This document shows positions 9,350 to 18,946 of a DNA stretch of 64,000 bases, piece after piece (position 1 is the first letter of the stretch; the number at the start of each line of letters is the position of its first letter). The notes beneath the pieces were generated by a model. The model was not told where the DNA came from and made no database searches. It saw only the letters and a program-made list of their open reading frames with translations. Both the position numbers and the translations under genes were made by a program. The DNA lies in IMG/VR virus record IMGVR_UViG_3300032331_003609, positions 1 to 64,000 of that record; one strand, given 5' to 3'.

Positions 9350-10090
9350 ATGACAAAAGACGAAATAGTTTACAATGTTTCATTATCGGATATTGTATAC
9401 AAAGAAGTGTCTGATATAAATTTTAAAGATTTAGGACTTTCTCTTATTAAATGGATAGACCACAAAAAATCCGACACACAAGGATTTGTAGCAATAAAAG
9501 ATAATATGGTCTATGTTGTATGGAGAGGAAGTTCTAGCAAGAAAGATTTCCAGAATGATGCTTCCGTTGATAAAGTTCCTTTTTTAAAAGAAGGTGAGAA
9601 AGTTCATATAGGATTTTTATCATCCTGGGATAGTGTGAAAGATATTACATTCAGTAGTTTAGATGCTGCAATTAAAAAAATTAAGTCCGACGAGATTAAT
9701 ATAACTGTATGTGGACATAGTTTAGGTGCTGCGGTTTCTACCCTATCTGCATATGCTATCAAGTACAAATATCCGGATGCTGATATTAAATGCTGCAATA
9801 TTGGATCTCCGAGGGTTGGAAATAAAAAATTCAAAGAGAATTACAATTCGTCAGGAATTAAAACTATGAGGATAGTCCATAATAATGATGTTGTAACAAG
9901 ATCCCCTAAAATTGGATATCATCACGTTGACACGGAATTAAGAATTGATAGTGACGGGAATGTTAAAAAATGGATGATTGATTGGCAAAGAGCTTGGGGT
10001 TTTATTAAAGATCTATTTAGAGGCCAAACAATTAAAGATCATATGACGGGAGGTTACATAAGTTCTGTTAATAAATGGAGCAGTAAATAA
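9350..10090 (+). CDS. class 3 lipase
   Basis: VVWRGS, VHIGF, GHSLGAA nucleophile elbow, GSPRVGN and NDVVT motifs. Confidence 0.9.
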   Translation: MTKDEIVYNVSLSDIVYKEVSDINFKDLGLSLIKWIDHKKSDTQGFVAIKDNMVYVVWRGSSSKKDFQNDASVDKVPFLKEGEKVHIGFLSSWDSVKDITFSSLDAAIKKIKSDEINITVCGHSLGAAVSTLSAYAIKYKYPDADIKCCNIGSPRVGNKKFKENYNSSGIKTMRIVHNNDVVTRSPKIGYHHVDTELRIDSDGNVKKWMIDWQRAWGFIKDLFRGQTIKDHMTGGYISSVNKWSSK

Positions 10091-10118
10091 AGAATATATA
10101 GATAAAATTATTATAAAG

Positions 10119-11339
10119 ATGAAGTATTTAGCAGAATTTGAATCTTGGAAATCTGGATTTGCCACAACTATTAATGAGCAAGAAACTGGGACAGGTAAAG
10201 GATTTATCGTGGTTTTCGGATCAACTGATAACGACAATCTTAAAGCAGGAGCAGCAGAACCATTAGGATTCAAAGAAAACGAGGTTATAACTGGATCTAT
10301 TAAAGGTATTGATAGCATGCTTAAAATTGGTTCTGCTAAATCGTTCGAAAATGCTAACCATCCCGGAAAAACTGTTAAGCCTGGGTATGATTATCTTAAT
10401 GTGAGTGCGGATGGCAAGAAATACTCAATTAAAGAAAGAGGTGCATTAAAGATTCCTTTCACTAAAGATACTGTGTTAGAAATAGAAGGAGCGGGCAATG
10501 GATTATTAGCTTTAATGAGAGCTCTTTATTATTTAAATGTTTCAGTTACTCAAAACAAATTCGATTATAATGTTCCATTCGATGGTACGCTGTTCATTAA
10601 AATAGGTGAGACTACAAGAAAAGGTTTATCATTAAGCGTCAACGGAAAATATACCGGGCCGGCTGGAATTAGAATGAGCGAGGGGTATGCTGATATTGCG
10701 AAAAAATTTATTAAAGAATCGGTGGATTTAGGCGAAGCACCCAAGCAGGATAATTCGGTAGAACAGATAATAACCGTTGCAGATACTATTGCTGATGCAA
10801 TCAAAGCATCCCATTTTTATAAAATGAAACAGCAATATAAGTCATTCTTCAGTGCTTATAATGGATTTCGCGATATGTATGATATTTCTAAAGATTATAC
10901 ATGGACAAAAGGTAACGAATTTCAAGAAAAGGGATCATTCTTTCTTGCGGTTGCTTTCCAATATTGTATAGCTACGCTTTCTTACTATTATCCAATGGAT
11001 CTTTCTAAGATCTATAAAATAGATCTTGAGCCATATGCAAAGAAAATAATGGATGGTCAGGGATCGGATCTAACTAAATTCGATGAACAATCGATCAGAA
11101 CCCAGATTGCTGCGATGTTTAAACAGTTTGAACCTAAGGAATTAAAGGATTACCCCGAATTTAAAGACCAATTACCTAAATACTGGGCAGTTGTTACTAA
11201 TGCAGTAATAGATAGAATAATCCTCACCATGCCGTCTACATATAAAGCGGCAATGAGTCCAAATAGAATCGGAACAAGAGTACCAGCTAAAGGGGGAATA
11301 CAAACAGGTAAAACTGAATTCGGATCAGGTAAGATCTAA
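10119..11339 (+). CDS. hypothetical protein with MKYLAEFESW tag
   Basis: 406-aa ORF, shared N-terminal motif, AATATATAGA upstream. Confidence 0.7.
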   Translation: MKYLAEFESWKSGFATTINEQETGTGKGFIVVFGSTDNDNLKAGAAEPLGFKENEVITGSIKGIDSMLKIGSAKSFENANHPGKTVKPGYDYLNVSADGKKYSIKERGALKIPFTKDTVLEIEGAGNGLLALMRALYYLNVSVTQNKFDYNVPFDGTLFIKIGETTRKGLSLSVNGKYTGPAGIRMSEGYADIAKKFIKESVDLGEAPKQDNSVEQIITVADTIADAIKASHFYKMKQQYKSFFSAYNGFRDMYDISKDYTWTKGNEFQEKGSFFLAVAFQYCIATLSYYYPMDLSKIYKIDLEPYAKKIMDGQGSDLTKFDEQSIRTQIAAMFKQFEPKELKDYPEFKDQLPKYWAVVTNAVIDRIILTMPSTYKAAMSPNRIGTRVPAKGGIQTGKTEFGSGKI

Positions 11340-11343
11340 TTGA

Positions 11344-11604
11344 TTAATATCTAGACCCTGTGGTTAAAACCTGTTCCAAACCATTTTCATCCTTAGATCT
11401 GTATGTCACTATTTCTTTCGGGGTTTTTCCAAAAGATTCCGCGTGAATAGCACCTGCATCTATATAGTAAGCTATCTTTCTTTTATCAAGATCCTTACGG
11501 ATTTCTCTAAATTTTTGGATAGAAACCTCAATCACCTTAGTCTCTGCAGAGAATGCAAGGGTGAAAATAAATGCAAACATTAGGGTAAGAAGATACTTTT
11601 TCAT
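11344..11604 (-). CDS. exported hypothetical protein
   Basis: Signal peptide MKKYLLTLMFAFIFTLAFSA. Confidence 0.6.
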   Translation of the reverse strand: MKKYLLTLMFAFIFTLAFSAETKVIEVSIQKFREIRKDLDKRKIAYYIDAGAIHAESFGKTPKEIVTYRSKDENGLEQVLTTGSRY

Positions 11605-11699
11605 TTATTATAATTTAGGAAGTAAATGTACGAGAAATCCTCGAAACAAAAAAATGTAACATTTAAGGAAATTAATTTTCTATTCCCTCTATAATATAC

Positions 11700-12671
11700 A
11701 TGAAAATTCTAATCACAGGGGGAGCTGGTTATTTAGGCTCTGTTATCACTGGAAAAATGCTAAACGCGGGGCACGAAGTTGTCGTTTTAGATAAATTGAT
11801 ATTCAATCAAACATCTCTGCTGGTTTACACCTCAAACCCTAATTTTAGATTCATTCACGGAGATGTTAGGAATGAGTCATTATTTGAAAGACTTTGCAAC
11901 GAGGCTGATGCAATTATTCCATTAGCTGCAATTGTAGGATTTCCTGCTTGCGATGCTGAACCTGAATTAGCCGAGGAAATTAACTTTAACCAAATATCCA
12001 ATATTGTTAGATTTACCAAGGATAAAGGTAAAAAAATATTATACCCTAATACTAATAGCGGATACGGCATCGGTGTGGGACAAACAGAATGTACAGAGGA
12101 ATCCCCATTAAACCCTATATCGATTTACGGTAAAACAAAATGCCATGCTGAAGATTTATTAAAATCAAGTACCGATGCTATCATTTTTAGATTAGCAACG
12201 GTATTTGGAGTTTCTCCAAGAATGAGAACTGATTTATTAGTTAACGATTTCACGTACAAGGCTATTACTGACAAATACATTGTGGTTTTTGAGAAGAACT
12301 TTAAAAGAAATTTTATTCATATCCAAGACGTTGCAAACGTGTTCTTGTTTATGTTAGAAAATTATGAGAAATATAAAGGCGAGATTTATAATGTTGGATT
12401 GACTACTGCAAATCTAAGCAAACAAGAATTGCTTGAAAAAATACAAAATCACGTTAAGAACTTTGCTGTTTCGTATAATGACTATTATGAGGATCCAGAT
12501 AAAAGAGATTATATAGTATCAAATGCAAAAATTGAATCAACTGGCTGGTCTCCCGAGTGGGATATAGATAGAGGAATAAAAGAATTGATAATGGGTTACC
12601 AGATGATTGTACCAAAAATGGGCGCAGAATTCCGAAATGGCTTTCCATTGGGATACGCAAATAATATGTAG
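11700..12671 (+). CDS. NAD-dependent NDP-sugar epimerase/dehydratase (extended SDR)
   Basis: TGGAGYLGS Rossmann motif, YGKTK catalytic YxxxK, RLATVFG, RNFIHIQD. Confidence 0.9.
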   Translation: MKILITGGAGYLGSVITGKMLNAGHEVVVLDKLIFNQTSLLVYTSNPNFRFIHGDVRNESLFERLCNEADAIIPLAAIVGFPACDAEPELAEEINFNQISNIVRFTKDKGKKILYPNTNSGYGIGVGQTECTEESPLNPISIYGKTKCHAEDLLKSSTDAIIFRLATVFGVSPRMRTDLLVNDFTYKAITDKYIVVFEKNFKRNFIHIQDVANVFLFMLENYEKYKGEIYNVGLTTANLSKQELLEKIQNHVKNFAVSYNDYYEDPDKRDYIVSNAKIESTGWSPEWDIDRGIKELIMGYQMIVPKMGAEFRNGFPLGYANNM

Positions 12672-12672
12672 T

Positions 12673-13218
12673 ATGAGCAACAAGTGGGACGAGTTTATAG
12701 AAACTCCATCAAAAAAATTCGGATATGAAGTTCCGATCTTTACACCTTCAATCTATAGAGAATATAGGGGAGAAATCTTTACTACGTTTCATAGTGAAGA
12801 ACATCCAGTAATGAGCCACATTCATTATGAGAAAAACGAAATTAGCATTCATGGAAGATTCTCGAAATCTTATAAGGGTGTATTAAGGGGATTGCACTAC
12901 GATAATAAAACTTGGAAATTAGTTCAAGCTGCAGTTGGAGACATTTATTTAATCGTGTTGGATATGAGAAAGCAATCCTCAACATTTGGAGATTGGGAAT
13001 CATTTATGATCACGGAGAAAGATCGTAATCAAGTTCTAGTTCCTCCAGGATTTGCTAATGGACATTATGCTTTAACTGATTGTATGTTCCATTATAATCT
13101 ATTTTATAAAGATGGATACGTTGATGCTGACGAACAAGGAGTGATTAAATGGAATGATCCCGAATACCAAATGGAATGGCCAACAGATAAACCAATATTA
13201 CAAAAAAGAGATCGATGA
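12673..13218 (+). CDS. rmlC: dTDP-4-dehydrorhamnose 3,5-epimerase-like cupin
   Basis: EYRGEIF, GVLRGLHY, VLDMRKQSSTFG, VPPGFANGH, IKWNDP; start moved to MSNKW. Confidence 0.85.
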   Translation: MSNKWDEFIETPSKKFGYEVPIFTPSIYREYRGEIFTTFHSEEHPVMSHIHYEKNEISIHGRFSKSYKGVLRGLHYDNKTWKLVQAAVGDIYLIVLDMRKQSSTFGDWESFMITEKDRNQVLVPPGFANGHYALTDCMFHYNLFYKDGYVDADEQGVIKWNDPEYQMEWPTDKPILQKRDR

Positions 13219-13847
13219 TAAAAAATTTAGACAAATACCCAATAGTCAACGATGGGATTTACACCAAAGAAGAATTATCAAAATTTGAAAGATTAATTGC
13301 TGATCATTGGGAAGCAGGGAGAATTAAAGGACCCGTACATCTTAGCGGTGGAAACGAAGATCAACTAATAGAGATAGGTAAAAGAATTAAACCTACTGAT
13401 TGGGTTTTTTCCACATGGAGATCTCACTATCATGCTTTGATTAAAGGTGTATGTCCAGTTTGGTTGGAGGAAGAAATTATTGCTGGAAGATCTATCACAA
13501 TAGTAAGTCAGGAAGAAAGATTTTATGCATCCGCTATAGTTGGTGCAATAATTCCTATAGCAACCGGTGTTGCTCTTTCTAATAAAAGAGAAAAAAGAAA
13601 CAATAAGGTTTGGTGCTTCGTTGGTGATATGGCTTTTGAGACTGGAGGATTTTACGAGATGCATAAGTATGCTAAAAACCTAAATCTCCCAATCGTATTT
13701 GTTATAGAAGATAATCACGTTTCAACTAATACACCAACAATAGAAACCTGGGGAGGAATCAAAAGAGAAATTCCAGATAATGTTATCTGGTATGAATATG
13801 AAAAAGAATGGCCACATTACGGAACAGGAAAATGGGTAGTTTTTTAA
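13215..13847 (+). CDS. ThDP-dependent enzyme, E1-alpha-like subunit
   Basis: GPVHLSGGNE, WRSHYHAL and the GDMAFETG...VIEDN ThDP-binding motif. Confidence 0.85.
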   Translation: MIKNLDKYPIVNDGIYTKEELSKFERLIADHWEAGRIKGPVHLSGGNEDQLIEIGKRIKPTDWVFSTWRSHYHALIKGVCPVWLEEEIIAGRSITIVSQEERFYASAIVGAIIPIATGVALSNKREKRNNKVWCFVGDMAFETGGFYEMHKYAKNLNLPIVFVIEDNHVSTNTPTIETWGGIKREIPDNVIWYEYEKEWPHYGTGKWVVF

Positions 13848-13865
13848 ATTTAATAAAATAAGAAT

Positions 13866-14414
13866 ATGAGTCAACCAGAATATACACCTTACAAAGATGC
13901 CCTAACCAATTCAATGACATTTCTTGGGGAACAACCAGATACTGTTTTTATCGGACAACAGCTTCTCTGGCACGGAAATCCGATGAGTACTACAATCGGT
14001 AATGTCTCAAAGGACAAGATGATTGAAGTTCCTGTAATGGAAGAATCACAAATGGGAATGTCATTAGGAATGGCAATGGCAGGGGATTTTGTTATCACAT
14101 TTTATCCTAGATGGGATTTTTTAATCTGTGCAACAAATCAATTGGTAAACCATGTTGATAAGATAAATTTAATGAGCCAGGGAAAATGGGATGCTAATAT
14201 GATTATTAGGTTAGGAAAAGGATCAGATAAGCCTTTAGATCCTGGGCATCAGCATAGAGGTAATTATTTGACAGAATTTAAATCGATGTGTCCGAATATT
14301 AATTTCCACAATCTTAATAAATGGAATGATATTGAAGAGATCTACAAGAATGCATACGAAAATGGGGGTATCCACGTTATAGTAGAATACCCCGAGCTAT
14401 ATTACATTCAATAA
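13866..14414 (+). CDS. ThDP-dependent enzyme, E1-beta/transketolase pyrimidine-binding subunit (short)
   Basis: IEVPVMEESQMGMSLGMAMAG, DFLICATNQLVNHVDK and GHQH motifs; lacks the C-terminal E1-beta domain. Confidence 0.8.
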   Translation: MSQPEYTPYKDALTNSMTFLGEQPDTVFIGQQLLWHGNPMSTTIGNVSKDKMIEVPVMEESQMGMSLGMAMAGDFVITFYPRWDFLICATNQLVNHVDKINLMSQGKWDANMIIRLGKGSDKPLDPGHQHRGNYLTEFKSMCPNINFHNLNKWNDIEEIYKNAYENGGIHVIVEYPELYYIQ

Positions 14415-14816
14415 TTACCAGCTAATTTCCCAATCACTGAAGTCTGCGGCTAAGCAATCGATTTTATAATCTTTTCTTCCTCCGACTATTTCTTGGATCT
14501 TGTTCTTTGCAGTATTTCTTATCCCGTTTAATCCGTGTGTAAGTTCTAGATTATTTCCGTCCTTTATCCCCTTTCGGTAATTTGATTCATTGTGCCAGAT
14601 GTGAAGATTCATTTGTGAAAGAACCACTATAGCTCTGATTGTATCTGCATTTACCTTTTCGCTGGAATCTAGCAAAACCTGAATATCATGGACAATGTCC
14701 TTAATCTCCTCTGAATATTCATCCTTATGTTGCGGTATAAAGACCTCTTTTAATTGTGAAATGCTTAACCTGTCGACCAATTCTGCCAATGTGGGTAGAT
14801 ATTTTCTTTCTGCCAT
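14415..14816 (-). CDS. hypothetical helical protein
   Basis: 133-aa ORF convergent with the sugar operon. Confidence 0.65.
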   Translation of the reverse strand: MAERKYLPTLAELVDRLSISQLKEVFIPQHKDEYSEEIKDIVHDIQVLLDSSEKVNADTIRAIVVLSQMNLHIWHNESNYRKGIKDGNNLELTHGLNGIRNTAKNKIQEIVGGRKDYKIDCLAADFSDWEISW

Positions 14817-14894
14817 GTTTTTTTATTATTTTAGTTTATTTGAGATCCTTTGTTTCTAAAAGATTAATTTATGTATCTGATATATAGAATCACT

Positions 14895-15209
14895 ATGAAA
14901 CATCTAAAAGTGTACGAATCATATTCAGACGGAGAGAATATAACATTAACTTCCAGACAGAACAGAGAAATAACTTTCTCTGTTAAAGGGGGAAGAATAG
15001 AATCCATAGAAAATAACTCAGGAATTAGATTCCCTTATTCTGTTGGTCAATCTTATAATATGGGAATGAAAACCTGGGCATGCAATAATGGATTTAAATG
15101 GAACGGCAAAGATCCTTGCCCAGAAGAGAAAATATTTGGAATTAAAAAAGAAGATATACCACAGGGACACGAACTAAGAATGATGTTCCCACACAAATTT
15201 AGAAATTAA
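14895..15209 (+). CDS. hypothetical protein with MKHLKVYESY tag
   Basis: Shared motif; GATATATAGA at 14879. Confidence 0.65.
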   Translation: MKHLKVYESYSDGENITLTSRQNREITFSVKGGRIESIENNSGIRFPYSVGQSYNMGMKTWACNNGFKWNGKDPCPEEKIFGIKKEDIPQGHELRMMFPHKFRN

Positions 15210-15210
15210 T

Positions 15211-16164
15211 ATGAAACACCTTAAATTATTTACCCCGTTCATTAACGAGCAAGAGTCCAATAAAAAGATTGTTGCAGGACAAGATACTACGGGAACAACT
15301 AAGGATGTTGCTGCATCGCTGGCTGGTGTTGGTGATCTATTTAAAAAGTATGGGTTCGAGGATTGGATCGGTGGAGGCGGAGCTACTGGAGCTGGGAGTG
15401 TATCGGGAACTGGAGCAGCAGCTTCTAATAGAAAAGTACCAACAGAAGCGGAAAAGCAAGAAAACATTAAAATCCTAAATGATACACTTCAAAAGAATGG
15501 ATTTACTGATCAAAATATAAGAGCAGCGATAATTGGAATAATAGGGAACGAAACTGGCTGGGCACCTTCAATGGAAGAATCATACTACAGAACGGGATTC
15601 CCTAGAATGAGAGAAATGTTTACATCCAGAGTTGATGGACATGAGGCAGAAATAGAATCATGGAAAAAATTAAATCAAGTTGAATTTGATAAAAATTTCT
15701 GGGAATTAGTGTATGGATATCAAACTAAAGTTGGACAATCATTAGGAAACACATCTCCTGGTGATGCTTCGAAATATCGAGGAGGAGGATTTAATGGAAT
15801 AACAGGGAAGGGAGGATATCAAAGAATGCAGGATCTTTACAATGGATACAAATCAACGAATCCTGATGCAGTAAAAGATCTGCCTAATATAGACATCCTT
15901 TCTAATCCTGAACAAATAAACGATCCTAAAATTGCTGCGCAAATCGCTGCTATGTATTTCCTGTCAGGTGTGCAATCTAATCTTTTCAAACAAAAATATC
16001 CAGACGTAACCCCACAAGGACCTAACGATAGGGATAAAGCAGTTATGGCAGTTGCCAACGTTAATGCGGGTTTAGGAAATAATATGAACTCTGGTCCTTT
16101 TGTTGCTTATGTTTCTAACGGTAAAGGTTATGCTAACGATTTAGTATCTAAAAATATGGTCTAA
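15211..16164 (+). CDS. GH19-like lysozyme/chitinase with MKHLKLFTPFINE tag
   Basis: GNETG...MEE acidic pair, GNTSPGDASKYRGGGFNGITGK (compare GDGxxYRGRGxIQLTG), then NPEQINDPKIAAQIAAMYF. Confidence 0.7.
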   Translation: MKHLKLFTPFINEQESNKKIVAGQDTTGTTKDVAASLAGVGDLFKKYGFEDWIGGGGATGAGSVSGTGAAASNRKVPTEAEKQENIKILNDTLQKNGFTDQNIRAAIIGIIGNETGWAPSMEESYYRTGFPRMREMFTSRVDGHEAEIESWKKLNQVEFDKNFWELVYGYQTKVGQSLGNTSPGDASKYRGGGFNGITGKGGYQRMQDLYNGYKSTNPDAVKDLPNIDILSNPEQINDPKIAAQIAAMYFLSGVQSNLFKQKYPDVTPQGPNDRDKAVMAVANVNAGLGNNMNSGPFVAYVSNGKGYANDLVSKNMV

Positions 16165-16165
16165 T

Positions 16166-16714
16166 ATGAATCATTCTTTAAATAGACAAAATATATCAGA
16201 GCATTTACAATTTCATGTTGATAACAGAATTTGTATTGCCGAATCAATATTCAGACCTGGTAGCGATTCTCATATTGGCTTATTAAAAGAAGCCAGAGAA
16301 TTATACCTTTCAGGGGATCTTTATGTCGACAAATCAACATCACTTCTTTTTGAGGCAACTGACCTTGGTTTAATTGGCGTATACGAAGGCCAAACAGTTC
16401 CTCTTGATATGCCATTAGAAATTCTATATGAAGCAGAATACCATGGAAAGAATGTCAAATTGGGATATCCAATGAGGGGAGGTACTAAAAAATTCTACGT
16501 TTATGTTAAAAACCCGAATGGCAGGGTAATTAAGGTTCAATTTGGAATACATGGTATGTCATCTAAGGTTAGCGACCCTGATCGTAGAAGAAGCTTTGCA
16601 GCAAGACATAAATGCAAGGAGAAGAAGGATAAAACTAAAGCAGGTTATTGGGCTTGCAGAATTAATAGGTATGCCCATATATGGGGAGGTAAAACATATC
16701 CAGGATTTTGGTAG
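16166..16714 (+). CDS. hypothetical phage protein with basic C-terminal domain
   Basis: EAEYHG...KKFYVYV...SFAARHKC...AGYWAC, a pattern recalled from freshwater phage hypotheticals. Confidence 0.65.
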   Translation: MNHSLNRQNISEHLQFHVDNRICIAESIFRPGSDSHIGLLKEARELYLSGDLYVDKSTSLLFEATDLGLIGVYEGQTVPLDMPLEILYEAEYHGKNVKLGYPMRGGTKKFYVYVKNPNGRVIKVQFGIHGMSSKVSDPDRRRSFAARHKCKEKKDKTKAGYWACRINRYAHIWGGKTYPGFW

Positions 16715-16974
16715 AAGAAAAACCATACACAGAAACATTTACGATCGATTCTACGATTCGTTCATTCTCTCAGGAAATAGATCCAATAGAACTTATGTGG
16801 CATAGAGATCTAAAAAATAGATCTGTAAAATTATTAGAAGGATCCGGGTGGAGGATTCAATTAGAAAATACATTACCCTCTGATTTTAACGAAATCATAA
16901 TTCCAAAATTAACATGGCATCGTGTTATTAAAGGATTTGGAGATCTTACTGTGGAGATTAAAGAGTGGGATTAG
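16708..16974 (+). CDS. small cupin-like protein
   Basis: WHRD...IPKLTWHRVIKG two-His pattern. Confidence 0.55.
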   Translation: MVEEKPYTETFTIDSTIRSFSQEIDPIELMWHRDLKNRSVKLLEGSGWRIQLENTLPSDFNEIIIPKLTWHRVIKGFGDLTVEIKEWD

Positions 16975-17004
16975 CGCGTATTCGCATTGTTGATATATAG
17001 GGAT

Positions 17005-17211
17005 ATGAAAGAAGAAAAATCTATCAATCCCTTTTTAAGTGGTGAAAAAAATCCGAACTCTAAATTAACAGAATCACAGGTTCAAGAAATCAGAGCTCTC
17101 TATAAAAGTGGATCATTCACTATGGTCCAGCTTGGAGAAAAATTTAGTATGTCCAGAAGGAGTATTTCCGCTATTATTAATAAGGATAGATGGAAACATA
17201 TAGAATCTTAA
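17005..17211 (+). CDS. stand-alone HTH of the type found C-terminal to HNH homing endonucleases
   Basis: GEKNPNSKLTESQVQEIR...LGEKFSMSRRSISAII...WKHI. Confidence 0.75.
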   Translation: MKEEKSINPFLSGEKNPNSKLTESQVQEIRALYKSGSFTMVQLGEKFSMSRRSISAIINKDRWKHIES

Positions 17212-17227
17212 CGGATAGAACTTTAAT

Positions 17228-18907
17228 ATGTACATACTAGGTATATCAGCTTATTACCATGACTCTGCTGCGTGTCTATTCAGAAACGGAACTCTGATCG
17301 GTGCAGCTGAGGAAGAAAGATTTACTGGAATAAAGGGAGACAAAGCATTTCCAAATAAAACAATAGATTGGCTTTTGAGCTCCAATGGAATTAACATCTC
17401 TGACGTATCAACAGTTTGCTGGTATGAAAATCCGGATCTAAAGAGGGATAGGGTATTAAAAACATTTAAAAGAAACCCGATTAAAAATTGGAAAAGAATA
17501 ATCAAGCATTTTACGTGGGGTAATTTTCCAAAGCTTTGGAAGATACTCAACGAGGAAATAGGATTTTTTGGAAAAATTCACGTTGTCGATCATCATCTAT
17601 CTCATGCATCCCTTGCATATTTCACATCATATTTTGAAGAATGTAATATAGTAACCGTAGACGGCGTAGGAGAACATGAGACAATTACAATATCTAAGGC
17701 TTCCCAAAATAAAATAACCAAATTAGCATCAATAAATTATCCACATTCATTGGGTCTATTCTACTCTGCATTCACAGCATACCTTGGATTTAAACCCAAT
17801 GAGGGGGAATACAAGCTTATGGGCCTAGCAGCATACGGGGACCCTGACATATACAGAGAAAGAATTAAAAAAACAATAGCATTTAAAGAAGGCGAATTAT
17901 ATGTTGATATGAAATATTTTTCATGGGATTATTCTGATGAGATAATGTTCAATGAAAATCTTTGCGAGCTTTTAGAAATCCCGCCAAGAATTAGTACAGA
18001 CCCTTTAGATGATCAATATAAGCACATAGCGGCTGCCGTTCAGAAGATCTATGAAGAAATATTGTTTGATGTATTAAACCACAGCTACGAGCTTAATAGG
18101 AGCAGTAATCTTTGTTTAGGTGGGGGATGTGCTTATAACGGAGTAGCTAATGCTGGTATTCAAAAAAATACACCTTACAAAAAGATTTGGATACCGCTTT
18201 CCCCCTCTGATAGCGGATCAGCTATAGGTGCCTGCCTCCATTACATTAATATCAAAAAAGGGCAAAAAAGAAAAGGTGCATTCGAAGCATATCAGGGTCC
18301 ATCTTTTGGAATTAATGAAATAAGATCTGCTCTTTTGAAATATGGTAACAAAGTAGATTGGGAACACATGGAAACCTCAGCTCTTATAAAAAAATCTGCC
18401 AATCTTCTGAACAATGGAAATGTCTTTGGTTGGTTCCAGGGAAAAATGGAATTTGGTGCTAGAGCATTGGGAAACAGATCTATATTGGCTTCTCCTATAT
18501 TTCCAGGTATGCAAGATAGAATAAATTCTGTTATTAAGAAGAGAGAACTTTTTAGACCATTTGCACCATCCGTTTCTTTTGACAAAGCAAATCTTTATTT
18601 CGATATAGATTCGCCCGTCCCGTATATGAATATGGTGGTTAAAGTTAAACCCGGGTGGAATCTGCCTGCTATAACACACGTAGATGGTACTGCAAGGGTA
18701 CAGACTGTTACATCATTCGAAAATCCAAGATATCACAGATTACTAAAAGAAATGGAAGAATTATCAGGGTATCCAATATTATTAAATACCTCTTTTAATT
18801 TTAAGGATCAGACCATTACCCTTTATCCCGAGGATGCAATTATAAGATTTTTAGATTCAGAAATGGACTACTTAGTCTTGGGTAATTTCTTCGTTTCCAA
18901 AAAATAG
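17228..18907 (+). CDS. carbamoyltransferase, NodU/CmcH/TobZ family
   Basis: HDSAA, EEERF, HHLSHA, DGVGE, GEYKLMGLAAYG, GGCAYNG, EFGARALGNRSIL, RPFAPS, HVDGTARVQTV and LNTSFN motifs. Confidence 0.95.
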   Translation: MYILGISAYYHDSAACLFRNGTLIGAAEEERFTGIKGDKAFPNKTIDWLLSSNGINISDVSTVCWYENPDLKRDRVLKTFKRNPIKNWKRIIKHFTWGNFPKLWKILNEEIGFFGKIHVVDHHLSHASLAYFTSYFEECNIVTVDGVGEHETITISKASQNKITKLASINYPHSLGLFYSAFTAYLGFKPNEGEYKLMGLAAYGDPDIYRERIKKTIAFKEGELYVDMKYFSWDYSDEIMFNENLCELLEIPPRISTDPLDDQYKHIAAAVQKIYEEILFDVLNHSYELNRSSNLCLGGGCAYNGVANAGIQKNTPYKKIWIPLSPSDSGSAIGACLHYINIKKGQKRKGAFEAYQGPSFGINEIRSALLKYGNKVDWEHMETSALIKKSANLLNNGNVFGWFQGKMEFGARALGNRSILASPIFPGMQDRINSVIKKRELFRPFAPSVSFDKANLYFDIDSPVPYMNMVVKVKPGWNLPAITHVDGTARVQTVTSFENPRYHRLLKEMEELSGYPILLNTSFNFKDQTITLYPEDAIIRFLDSEMDYLVLGNFFVSKK

Positions 18908-18946
18908 ACCGAAACTTTCGATAGAAATTAAAATAATATATACATC

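Noticed and set aside
13215-14414. True pyruvate dehydrogenase pdhA/pdhB
   Set aside because: Subunits are truncated, E2/E3 are absent, and the genes sit in an NDP-sugar operon
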